From Lingula anatina (lineage: Eukaryota; Animalia; Brachiopoda), in assembly GCA_051362555.1 (NCBI GenBank), contig CM120640.1, forward strand, positions 46,106,788 to 46,170,787: DNA of 64,000 nt. Direction: 5' to 3'. The position numbers were made by a program, and so were the translations under genes. The notes under the pieces are model-generated. The model was not told the DNA's origin and ran no database searches. It saw only the letters and a list, made by a program, of their open reading frames with translations. The number at the start of each line of letters is the position of its first letter. The stretch's first letter is position 1. Below are positions 26,301 to 39,522 of the stretch, piece after piece.

Positions 26301-28766
26301 TATAAAAACAAAGACAAAGCAGCTTACATCAGTGAATATCTGTGAAGGTTTGAGCACCAGGTTCCTGGGTAAAGAGGCCTCTGCTCTGTTAGGTAGGTCT
26401 CTGTCACAGGGTTGGTCAGGTACTATGTAGACACATCTTTTTTCATACTCTTCCTCAGGCAGACTCAGCAAGTCAAGATCTTCTCCCATTGTTTCTGAAG
26501 AAAAAAATTAATTAAATTTTAAAAAAAAGGTATAATCCTACCAATATTAATGTGACTATGTGTGCATTAACTGGCCAGACCTACAACCTTTCTTTTTCAA
26601 GATTTTCTCTGGTTTTTACAGCAGCTACAAATCCATTTGACTGCTTCATTTTTAGCTAAGCAGCAATGATGGCATGAATCCTTATTTTTGTCAACAATCA
26701 TGATAAATATTTTTCATAAACCTCATTAATTTTTTTCTTGCTTGTGGAGTTTCACAGGTGAATGGTTCAGGAAGGCCAATACTGAATGTAGAACAACTTA
26801 CAACTCCAAGAAGAAGGACAACTCTGTTCCAAATGCAAATAAAAGTTCAAAGCTTAGTCATAAACCTCACAGAAACTCCCTTCTTACTTTCATCTCCATC
26901 AAATTCTGAATAAATTCAAAAAAATGATGTAATCCTTAATAGTTTTTAACAACAACCAACCAGTTTCACTATTGGTTCTAAATTTCAATCCTAGCTCTGA
27001 CAACTTATTATGCTGTTGGCCAATTAAGTTATCAACTGAATGGCGTAACCAAAAATTTTAAATGTACCTCTTCAAAGTACCAAAGCTCTTCCACTTTTAC
27101 TTTAAAGTTCGTTTTTTTGCATCTAAGTTTCTATCTGTAAAAAAGCCCCTGCCACAATTCATATGCAGTACATGTGAAAAACATCACAAGTTAAGTCATT
27201 TTATTGTATTTTCAAAACACGGACACAAACCAAGGGCAGAAAATAGATGTAAACATCATGGCTTCAGACCACAAATAAGTTTCCCTTCTTGGGTGGTTTA
27301 GATAAAAGTTTAGGAATGTAACTTGTCTGTTACTTTGGTTGGATTAAATGTTAACTAAAGAGTGTGGACTTTCACACATCACAAGGAGTTATATCACCCT
27401 ACCTCTCAGATTGGAGAAGCCTGGCATGATAACTCCTTTCACCTTAGGATTAGGGGAACAATGACTGGGTAGGCCAGCAAGAGGGGGGTGGAGGAGGGGG
27501 GGGGGAGGAAGGATATGTACAAGTATATAAACTATTTTCAGGACTTAATTTATGGTGTACTTTGATAACTGTACTTTGTGAAGGTGATATCTGCATGATG
27601 TTTTGGTAAATGCAGCTAATTATTTAATAAATGCACATTTCCACAATCACTAACCTGATGTGACTCTCTGTGTAATAAACAAACACTTTTTATTCAGTTT
27701 TACTGCATTAAGTACTGCAGCCTTTTACCTTTCATCTTAAAACAATTTTTTCAGGCTGCCCTCATTCTTAGAATATCAGGTCAAAAAAAGGGCCATCAAT
27801 CTTCAAGACCACCGCTTGACATCTATAACTGATAAGAGATGACACCAGATCACAAGATGTTGTGAAATAAACAACAAAATCATTCTACGCCCCTTTATAT
27901 TGATTTTGCTTCAATGGTGATACAGATAGCCTATCACTTATTGTGCTTGGCACTTTCAGCTCCATACAAAACTGGGCACAAATTTGGGGGGTGGGGGGTG
28001 GGGGGATGGGGGGTGGTGATGACCAAGGTATAATTGGTCATTTTGCTAATTTTTTCCTTTGAATATGAACCCAAAGGTAAGTATATCATATGCTCAGCTG
28101 ATTATCACCTATTTGTTCAGAACAATAAAAATACAACATTAAGCTGTTCAATGAAATTAAAACATATTGATGAAAACATGAACTGTTGATGTATTCTGAG
28201 GGCAATCAAAGGGTTTGGGTACACACCAGACTGGCCAAATAATAAGATCACTTGATTTAAACTTTCATACTATCTGTGCACTTTTTCAGAAGGAAATGTG
28301 TTTCAAGTATGATTACATCCTGATGTCAAAATGAGATGGGGGTCTTGAAAAATGAAAAATAAAAATAAGATAAACATCTAAAATGAAAGAAAAAGTGACA
28401 CATGGCAGTAACAAACACCAATTAGATTACATTTGGTGAATTCAAGGAAGTTAGCCTCAATTCCTCATCTTTATACATAACAATATTGCAAAGATTAAAA
28501 AACACACCATGAGTGTGTTCTATAAATAGTAAAAATGAAAGTGAAAGTAAACAACATGGCAGATAAATAATAGTAGCAGTTGTTTACAGTTCAAACTCAG
28601 TTAACTTAGCGTGACTGTTTCCTTTACTTTTTTAATCATCTGCTGACTCCTGATAAGAATTGAAATCTGAATCAGGCGACGTTAAAACACATAGTTTCAA
28701 AAATAAATACTTTCACTTCTGTTATGTCAACAAATGTAGCTTGGAGATATGGAATCAAGCTTTAAG

Positions 28767-28806
<40 letters not shown>

Positions 28807-29366
28807 TTTAAAGCAAAAAATATTTGACTATTTCAATGGCAAGGAAAAAAACTTCTCATTGCGGTGACACACATCCTGCTGTAGCTAGCTGTTAAAGAAT
28901 ATTTCATCCAAATAGCCTTATGTAACTCACAGGTTAACAATACATGTTGAGGTTGACTCACTTTATTCATACAGCAACATTAACTACCTTTATATCATTT
29001 ATCATTTCCATAACTTTAACCTATAGGTTTACCTGCTCCATCCCCACCCATCCAAGTGAATGCTCAAAAAAAAAAAAAAAAAAAAAAAAATTACTTAAGC
29101 CTTTCAGAATGTCTCTGAAGAGCATTTGGTGTTAAGATTTATAATCAATCACTTGATTCGAGTTTACTATCTAAATAATCAATGACAGAAAAATAAAAAA
29201 ACTGAATTAGGAAAAAACACTTAAGATGTAAATGATGAATGAATACAAAACTTGATTTTCCATACCTTTGATATTTATGTTAGTGTATACCTGGTTGGGG
29301 TATCCTGTTCCGAATACACACAGAACACTACACTGTTTACACTAACCAGACTGCACGTGTGTGTGT

Positions 29367-29410
<44 letters not shown>

Positions 29411-32400
29411 GTTCAGTTGTTGCTTTCTGCAAATGTTTTTTTTTTTTCTCAGTGGTTATTGAAATTCCTTGCAAAAAATCAATGTTTTGGCAATGTCACA
29501 AGTAAAATGTTTATAATTCTATTTCTTTGTTGTGGTTGAGTAAAGAAAAGTTTTCTTATATAATCCTTCTCAATGACAAGTAAAATGACTTAAACATTCT
29601 TATGACAAGTATTTATATTATATTACTAGAAAATAAAATGTCATAATTCTTTAATTAATTAATTCTTTAATTAAAATTTTTTTCACCCATTATATTTCTG
29701 TATAGCCTTTTTCAAGGTGGAGATGAAATAACAATCTTCATCACAGTTAAAATTTCTTCAAGCTGATCTATAGGTGCTTAAAAAACTAAAATCAATCATT
29801 AAATGCATTCTAAATATGACACTGCCTGAAACTGTTGACTTTTTCAGTAAAATACAGCCACCCATCTCTCACCCCCCCCACACACACACACACACAACCC
29901 CACCCCCAGTCAAAAATGTTTATTTCAAATTCATCAACTTTCTCTTTCTCCTACCACCATGCACCGACCCATAATGAAACCTTATCAATTTCTTTTCTAA
30001 TTTTTTAGGAAAACCTTACCTTTTCTAGCAAGCAGTCATCAGAAAAAAAAGCAAACTGGGTATTACATAGTGCTCCACACCCCTAATTGGTCTCAGTCTC
30101 CTTTTTCATTTGCTGGGTCTACTCTCACTACCTCACTGTCAGCAGACAAGCAAGCAGGCAAGCAAAAGCCAGTGAATGTCTCACCTCTTTGGTCAGCAGC
30201 CACCTGTCAGCCAACAGTTATCAGGTAAGACTGAGGTTGTCTCATACTCTCACTGAAGATTAGGAGGCAAGTGTGGGAGAGAAAGAGGAGGTGGCGCAGC
30301 TAAGATGCAAGTAAGATGCAGTTTATCACTTAAACAAATAAAGACTTTGCTCTAGCAGCCTGGAACTTCGGGGGGAGTACACAAACTTGCCCATTGTTTT
30401 CACTGCAAGGAGCAACAGGTCTTTGAGTTTGTGTTGGTTTTAGCCAATCAAATACAAGTTAGGTGATTGAGATTATGATGTCAAGTGACCACTCCCACTG
30501 CTGATTTCTCAGTCTTTGCTCCATAATTGGTTCTCCAGAATTCAGATAAGGAGGTGAAAAATTCACAATTTTTCAGAAATAATGAATAATTACCTCTAAA
30601 TTAATGAATTTTAGGAGGGGTACACCTTTTTATGTGGTATAATTTTACTTTTATTTAATTTTTCCCTTTCTTATTATTTTAAATGGTGTTACTTGACGTA
30701 CTCTCATTAAACTTATTCCTTTAAAATGTAGCGTTACATAAAATATTTCAAGAAACAGATGGCAAAGAAAAGACAAACATGTAAACAATTGAAAACAATG
30801 GGACTGAATCACATATCATAAATACCTTGAGCCAAGAATCCATTGACAGTATTTAACTGTTATTGCCTCCCCCCCTTTTCACCTGGGCTATTAGCTTTTA
30901 TGACAGGTATAAATCTGTGCACTAATCCGCCGCTCTTTTCACTGCAATTCTTTGCGATATCTCTATTCAAATTCACTTTTACCACTGCGGATCCACCTTA
31001 TCTGTTCTTGGGTCACTCCCATTCCTCACACACCTGTGCTACACAGCATTCTGACCAATGTAACTTGGAGAAAAATGAACGTGAACGGAATTTTGCTTTT
31101 GTCAAACAACAGCTAGGATATTAAGGTCTTATTCCACAGTTTCTCTGTTATCACAAGTTACCATGACAACCTGGTTCTGATAAAGCAGTTTTCATACATT
31201 CATTATGAATTTTTCCAGTGATGGTCATTAATCGAGAAATGTTTTGAGCTGCTTGAATATCAAAGTGACAAAGATATTTACTAACATATGAGAAGATTTA
31301 GTTTAGTTTTTAAAGTGCAAGAAGTTCAAAAAATGAACTTTAGATCTTTGGTTAAAAAAAAAAACAATTTGAGTGATAAACTTTGCTTCTTATGTATACC
31401 CAGCACAAAGTCTAAACTGCTGTCTCCTATTCAATGTGTAAGATAACTGAACTTTAATATTGAATTATTGCAAAGACTTTTTCTTATCTGATAAAAATGA
31501 AAATGGATCGTGGGATAAGCAACAACTTAGCACAAGAAGCATTGAGATGTTTGTCAAATTTTCTATAAAGATAAGTTTAAACATTAACAAAAGGTTAAGA
31601 CCTCGATTGAGGTGGCTTATCAGAAAATGACACTGGTAAACAGAATGTAACCCCACAAACAAACTTAAGAAGTTTAAAGTATTTTGTATTGAGAGAAGAG
31701 GTGTAGGTACACTGTAGTTCAAACTTTGTGCAAATGTTTAAAACTTTTAGGGCCAAGTCTTTACCATTCCTTTTCAGAGTATTTGTACAAATTGCTCAGT
31801 AATCCAATTACAGATTTATAAGATAAAAGTGTCAACCGCATGTCAAGCTCAAGTACCTGTGAATTCAGTCTGAGAAATCCAACATGACTGTTCAAATTAA
31901 GACCATAAATAAAGCCTTAGCCTTCAGATAATTACTTAAATGACAGTTAAAATTAAAAGTGCCACAGAAACTAATTTATATTCAATTTTTCTTAATTCCC
32001 ACTTACCTATATTTTAATTCTAGTTTAGAGGGTAAATTTTATTTCATTCTGTAAGTAAATAATCTAATTATTATTAATGCCAGTATTAGTTGTAAATGAA
32101 ATGATACATGCAAGTTTCTAACAGGCTTGATTCATCATCCACTAATTCAGCCACAATCAGTCAGCTTATTTTGGTAAAATTTGCATTTTATTGATTTATT
32201 TTTGTGAGGGAGGGGGGGAGGTAACCTAATCCCATTTAATATCTTTAGAAAAATAGTCTAAATTATGTTCAAATGGACCTCTGACAATGTCTTGCTTTTT
32301 TGGTCTCTCCAATTTTCTAACTCAATAGAAAATATGACCAACACCTTACATTGAAAAAAAAAAATCAGTCGCTGTGTGATTCAAATAAACACTTCCTAGA

Positions 32401-35400
32401 GGGATATATTCCATACAACACAACATTAATTCACTAATCTGTTAATCATATCAAATCACCTGTGTATTTTCAAAACAGCACGTCAAAACATCTTGTTCTT
32501 ATTCTAGCATTTAAGGACATATACTAAGTACACAAGTTAACCTCATATAACATTAGTGTTGTTACAGTATCAACATGGCAGATAGTATTCCACATTTGGG
32601 TGGCTCAACTTGGTCACATTATGGTCACATTATTTCAGGTATCTGTTTCACAAACTTAACGTGTAAAGGTTGATCTCTTTAAGTAAAAACTCTCAAACCG
32701 AAACTTTTGGTCTCCTTTAATAATGGATAAATCTTTGGTAATCTCAAACACTTAAATAAATTTACCATTGAGCTTTTTTTTCAGTTTTTATACAGATCCA
32801 CAATATTTTATTTCAGTGGACTACTAATGAATTTTCTTGAATTAAGTAATTTTTTAACAAATTGGTCTAAAAGGCCACTGCGTAATTTCCCGTATCTAAC
32901 CAGTCCTGTCATCTGGGTATGGCTTGCCACTTTACTCACTGTCTGTGGCAATGGATGGCTACAGCTAAATAGACATCAGAATGCTTTTTTTCTTTTGGTT
33001 AAAAAAATCATATCAGGCTGAGACAGTGTACAACTCAGTCATTGCAAATGCACCCCTCCCTTATTAGATTAGACTTACATGTACATGTAACCTGAGTATA
33101 TGATGTGTTAGATTGCATCAGTTGCATATAAAAATAATAAAACCACAATGGCAAATTCACATTTTCCGCTTACAATTATACTAGCATATGTTGACAATAT
33201 TCCATAATGTCAATTAGCAGCAAATCCTTCATGACCTCAAAAATCTTTATTTAAAAAAAGAAGAAAAGATGATATAATATATTATTCCAAATGGGTGACA
33301 TGTAACTGCACACATCAAAAGTGTTAAAAGATTTACTCTGCATCTCTGCATTCAAGCAAATTTTTAGCACATTATACTAGTATGTATTGAGAAGTGAGGA
33401 TAAAGTAAATCTTGAACTTGTCATATATGACTTTTTAACTTTATTAATGCATTACAATACAATGTAAATATAATTAGACAATTAGAATTCATTTGTGCTG
33501 GTTAAAAGTTTGTTTCAATAACAGATTTTATCAACTGATATAAGTCCTTTTTCTACGTGATCATTGTAAATTTCAAGCTAAGCTATATATTTATCTGCAC
33601 TGTCGTCCCTTATATATTGAACAAATGTGGCATCTTCTTTGAACTTTGCTGCTATAAAGTCAGCTTTATTCAGTCAAGTGGACCAACACAAAGGGATCTC
33701 CTCATGTCAGAGAACTTATTGTGAGTTTTTCACTTTCAAGACCCATCCTGGTGAAATAAAATATCTACAAAAACAAGTTTTCTTGAGAGAAGAAACTCAG
33801 GCACCCATTAAAAGAAGGTGAAATCTGAAATTCAAGTCACCTGAATATGTAAAAAAAAAAGTTTCTTTGATATCAAAGGTGGTAAGGAGACAACTATTGT
33901 CATGGGTTCAGATGCACTGGTAAGACAAAATTGCATGCAAACTAAAGAAGGTGAAATGGAAATTTAAGCCGAAAGTGCAAATAAAGACCAGGGAATGGTA
34001 CGCTGGTCACAACAGATCACTGCTTTTACAGGGCACCGCCTTGTACCCTGGGCGTGTGCCTTCGTGAGGAAAAAAAATTGAACAAAATCTTTGATGGGAG
34101 TAAATAAAGAATTCACTCTCTGAAAGAATGGACAAATGCACCTTAAAAGATAGATGAAAATAAAAACTTTTACAATATAAAAGAATTCATTCTGCTAAAG
34201 AATGATCGAGTGCATGCATACACCTTTCATCATGATGAAAATACATCTTGAAATGAAAAAGATGCCAGATACATTTTCGGCAAATCTTTTTTTTTTTTAC
34301 CTTGGATTTCACAGCTTCAATTCTTGTAGGTTTTGATGTTCTTTATGTTTCAGCAAATTACAGTTATTTTTTTAAGTAGGAAAATAATTCCTTTAAGACG
34401 ACATATGGATTAAATACCATAATAGCTGTAAATGTTTCCCATCTTCTTTCTCAAAATAATTATCATGACAATAAAAGAAGTCATGTAACAGAATTGAAAA
34501 TGAAGAAAAAAACCTGTATTACATGGTATCAAATGTCATAAAATTCTTGAAAAATGTGATGTGCCCACGAACTTTACTGACTAAAATTCATAGAGCCAGA
34601 CATATGTTATATCAAATTCAGCCACCAATCCCTTTTATGCTTTTGTTTCCTTTTTCTTCAAGCTTTCTCTAAAGTTAGGGAAATCTGAAAACTGACACTA
34701 CAGCCAGACTAGAAATGCCTAGACATGAATGCCCTTGCTTCAAATGGCATAAGAAAGTGGCAGTATTTTATTACTGACATTTGATTTTCGCTTTGCATGA
34801 CAGAGTTTCAGTCAATTATAGAAAGGGGGAAACAAGACTTCTGATAAACAGCCTACCTGTAAAAAGCCATAATATATATCTTGAACTTTCCATCAGATTC
34901 TACTGTTCAATAGGTACATTCAGACAAGAAATAATTTGGACCGAAAAATAAACAAACTTTTCCTGCATCATACAACCAGAAATTGGTTTGAAATATGTTA
35001 TTTGAAATGAGGAAGTGCTATGTGCCTCATGTGAATACACCTTTACACAAGTATATCCCGTTTGCACTTCAGGCATCTACATCTACATGCTTTTCATGAC
35101 AAAAGTTGGACATCTTTAAGGTTTACTTAGTTCTTGTCTGAACTGTCTGTCTGTCTCCTCTTTTACCAGGCCATAAAAACACACTATTGTCTCCAGTGTC
35201 ATTTGAAACAGGTAGATAAGTGAAAAGTAAACTAAAGACTTCGTGGGAGATAGTAAATGAGAAAAACACTTTTGAAATTTTGACAACACGGTTCTGAAGA
35301 AACATGAAGGGGAAAGTTGCTGGGTTGGAACTAATAGCCTCCCTTTTTTGTTGTTCACAGAGGTTTGTAACAATTCACTGATCAAAGTCTGCTTTGACTA

Positions 35401-38400
35401 CAGTATGATGTATCTTATAAATATTTGTGTGTTTTCTACACAGAGAGTAATAAAAAAAATTAAACAAAAAAAGGAGAATCTCTCTTAAAAACATGCATGC
35501 ATTATGTTTGACTAAATAGACCCCCCAAAATAGATAATAAATTTAACAAATAAAACCAGGCAATTGCTTTAAAGTCATAGTTAGGTGAGTATCAATATTA
35601 TGATTGGTTTTGGTATTGAATCAATAAAAGGTGTATTGTTTCAGCATAAGGATTGTAATAAGCATGTTGTATTGTTTTTACACATATCTGTACATACAAT
35701 TGAGACATGGGCAGCTTTCAACTCATTTCAAATATTATAATTTTCTTTTTTTTTTCACTTTTTGTACCCTTACATACACATCCTATTCCATATACATGTA
35801 AAGTTCACTTATGAATAACCATTTCCCATTTCCATGTTCAGAATCCTTATGTGCCGAGTCTGGTACTTGGGTAGGCCTGATGTTGCATCTTTTTCTCACA
35901 ATTTACAAATGATAAACCCCCAAATTAATTTTGAAACTTTAAGAAGAAAATGACATGCTACTAACTTTCTTTTCTTTAAATCATTGAGGAAAATCAGGAA
36001 AATGCAATTTTATTCACCACTAATAGCTAAAAGTCCATTTGACACATGAACTAAGCCAAAGCAGTTCATTTACTTAATCCAAATGGCAATTTATTGAACT
36101 CTTCAAACAACTGAATTTCTGTCTAAAAGGAATTTCCTCATTCAATTTGACCAATCTGAAAACTTCAAAAAGTTATGATTTTAATTTATCAAACACATGC
36201 TGTCACCAGTATGAGTACAGTCAAGTTAATTGTTAACGTATAAAAAATGTGACCTTGTTTGACCACTGTCACACTGAGCTGAACATTCTTCCTGGTTAAA
36301 ACTGTTCAACAGCTACAGGCACTTAAAAACTTTATTAAGAATAGTTCTCACAAATGTACTTAAAGTATGGCTTTTTTGCTTTTCAACTGCTGCATACATA
36401 TACAATACATGGTTTGCTATCTGATCATTGTACATATTAAGATATTTGATGCTTTTCTGTTTCAAAAAGTTGAAGAATCTCAGAGTTTCTTTTTTTTTTT
36501 TTATTGTTGAAATGCCAGCTTCACAAATGGGAAACTCTTAACACTCAATTGTACCTTAATCAATTTTTATTCCAATTTGGGTTAGTACTACTAGTTGTGC
36601 ATTTTGAATATATGTTACATGCTGTATCTTTTGAGTTTGGATACCATATGTTTTAGATATCTACCATATGTAACCCATACAGATTTATTTTTAAAAAGAA
36701 GCAAAAAAAATCATACCCCCTGGATGCTATTTATGCTGTATACTTCTCATAACAGTTAAAATTACCATTATTAATTGAGTAAAGATGCCAAGCCCCCACT
36801 TCTATAAAAAAATACAAAGAAACATCATTCATCCATAAAATTAAAAAGGAGGAAAAAAGCAGTTAAGCAAAATCTACCTTACTTCTGCTGGTGTCCTTTC
36901 ACTAATTTATATCCTATAAACTGTAATTCAGCATGCAAAGTTTAACCCTGTCAATCAATGTCTTCTGAAACTCACAATTGGACTCTGGCACATCCACCCT
37001 CTCCACCAAAATTTACTTTTGTATCTTCTGCAATCTGAGCTAGCTGTGAAAATTAAAAGTCATTAACCGAAATAGGGGCAAAAAAAGTTGCCTGAAATTT
37101 ATCCGCCCGGTAAAATTTTGTTACAATAGTGTGAACAACCATTATGCTCCCAGCCATTGAAAAATTTCTGCTTTGATCTGAAAGCCAGGCACAGCAGACG
37201 CTTTCAATGGTGGTTGTTACATTAAATGGTCTGTTTCTTATCCCAAATTCATGCAGTGAAATGAAATGTCAGTCTTGGTTTTTGGACTGTGTTTAACAAT
37301 GATGTATGATGTGTCAAATTCTTGATTCGATTAGTTTATTTGATATTGCAATTTAATGCACAATGTTAAAAAAGTTTAAGAAAAGCTCTAACGCTGTTTC
37401 CCGACTAGCCGCAAGATGAACAATAAACAAGGCGTCAAGTAGAGCATAAGGACACAGCTTTCATTTCATTTAACAATAAAAAATATAACATCACGAATAA
37501 ACTAGATTTCATAAAATTGTGAATTTTTGATACTGATACTATGGCTCAACTGTAAATAAAAAAACGTATCTGAAATTTTTTTAAAGCTAGATGTAAAAAT
37601 TAAAGTCATTAACCAAAACAGGGGGAGAAATAGGAGCAGCAAAAAATGCCAATGTTATAAATAAAAAAATTTTAAAAAGAAGAAAGAAAGAAAAAAGAAA
37701 AGAAAAAATTACACTACCCTTTTGCCACAAATTGAAGGGATATATTTGAAGGAGAGGAGTCAAATTTCCATTTAATGCTTCAGCTATGGATTTAGTTTTA
37801 TAGTAATTTAAAAAATCCAACGAAAACTTGCAATACTATTTCAAAAACATGAAAGACAACATGAAATATAAAATAAGCAGTCATATGTCCGCAAATTATT
37901 ACACTCTTAATTAATTTCTTTCTTTCTTAAATCCTTAAGACAACAAAATTTCAAATGTGATCAAGAATTTCATATAAAACTGCAAAACATGTCACTAGTT
38001 GATTTGCTGTTTTACATTGAGCCCATTCTGTTTAACAGTCTATCCTTTTTCATTTCTTACAATCAACCAGAAAACAATGAAAAATGGTATGATAAACTAT
38101 ACAGAAACATTGTACACAATACCCTCACACATAAAAGTTAGCAATATTATTGAAAAACCAATGGCACTACAGATCTATACATGAAACATTCCCTATCCCT
38201 CTTGATCTGCAGTTTTAAATATTAATACAAGTACTTTCCTTTTTTAGAGAAATTTCAAGAACAGAAGTGACATCATTCAAGTCAACATTAATCAAGCTTT
38301 ATACTTTTTTATTACGTAACTTCCAAATGCCATCATAAGAGTATTCAAATGCACCATAAGAAGAAATTTTAAAGAAAAAAAGGAAACCAAAAGAAACCAG

Positions 38401-39274
38401 GGAAGAAGGCTCATTACTGTGAGACAAAGCAATGAATTGCATTTCGGTTGTACAAAATTTAGACACTGATTTGAAAAAGATGTGTAAAGTCAGGTGTTTG
38501 AAGCTGGCATTCCATTGGCTTGCAGAGAAAATGCTTTTCAAACCTGTTTTTTGCAACATTTGGTGCCAATGATTTCTCTACTTTACATAAAACATATGGA
38601 TTTAAATTTTTTTGCCAATTTTGATATTAAAAATTGTATGAATAAGCTTTTTTTTCTGAATCAATTATGTGATAATAATCTTTTATTGCTAAAAACAATA
38701 ATCTCTAAGCTACTGCACAGGTCTTACTTTACATTTTCAGACCTCACAAATGAAGACCTATTGACAACTTGTTTGCTTAATCTAAGTAAAAAATAGAACA
38801 AAAGATTTTTCAATGCTCATATAGTGTATTAGTTTCCTATTTTTCTAGACTCCTGTCTGTTTCTGTTTTTACAAAATAATTTTCACTAAATTAAGCACAA
38901 AAAATCATATAATAATAATAACTTCCATTTTCTTTATAAGCTTGAGCACGCACTAAAAGAACATTTCTTCGTACTATGAAATTGAAAAAGGGAACTAAAT
39001 CTTTGTCACATTTTTAATTATCTACGAATAAAAGTTAAACCAAGTGTAGAAAAGGGTATCTTAAAAATATATATATTTACAAGGCATTACTGAGTTTAGA
39101 TCTCAATACAATGATGATCGGTAAGTAATGGAACATTAATTCCCAGGAATTTCAACAAACTTATGGAAAAATCTATTTCCTTTGTATTTTTTGCCCTTAA
39201 ATCCAAATCGTTCTCTCTTTAAATGAACAATTAAAATGAAACTCACCTTCTTCCAGATCACATATCTTCATCAT
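16207..39274 (-). CDS. PRDM1: PR domain zinc finger protein 1 (Blimp-1), ~824 aa if the distal first exon is used
   Basis: Exons: 39274-39247 (MMKICDLEE, tentative), 26494-26328 ([10 protein letters not shown]...[10 protein letters not shown]), 21982-21863 ([20 protein letters not shown]), 18821-18569 ([10 protein letters not shown]...[27 protein letters not shown]) and 18113-16207. The last exon holds a Pro-rich region, [40 protein letters not shown], four C2H2 fingers and a fifth C2HC finger. These motifs are diagnostic of Blimp-1. An in-frame ATG at 26489 is an alternative start. Confidence 0.96.
21518..21725. mobile_element. Tourist/PIF-Harbinger-like MITE in a PRDM1 intron
   Basis: Terminal inverted repeats CATTCCCAGAG..TTAGATCGATCTA and TAGATCGATCTAA..CTCTGGGAATG. 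TAA flanks both sides (21515-21517, 21726-21728). The interior is CpG-richer than the surrounding intron. Confidence 0.7.
28771..28804. repeat. (CT)n microsatellite
   Basis: Perfect TC dinucleotide run. Confidence 0.95.
29370..29409. repeat. (AAT)n microsatellite
   Basis: Perfect AAT run. Confidence 0.95.
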
Positions 39275-39491
39275 GTTCCCTACAAAATTTCCCCAAAGGG
39301 CTCTTATATGAATTTTTTCCTAAAACAGACTCTACCAACCTATATATTGAGATAGTTAGTGGCTGCTACGTAACAGATCAGCTAAGTCAATCTCACAGAC
39401 CGCACAAACAAGTCGGTGGGCTTCAAAGTAAACTTTCTATTCTTCTCCCTTCATTTTGACTGGTGAAACTGAACCTTCCCCAGACTCCTAC

Positions 39492-39522
39492 GCTTTCACT
39501 GGGGACATTCCAGCGTGAAAGC
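39492..39522. promoter_or_regulatory. kB-like site GGGGACATTCC flanked by inverted GCTTTCAC/GTGAAAGC motifs, upstream of the putative PRDM1 first coding exon
   Basis: Sequence gctttcac-t-ggggacattcc-agc-gtgaaagc. A further kB-like GGGGAAATTTTC lies on the - strand at 39706-39717. Confidence 0.4.
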
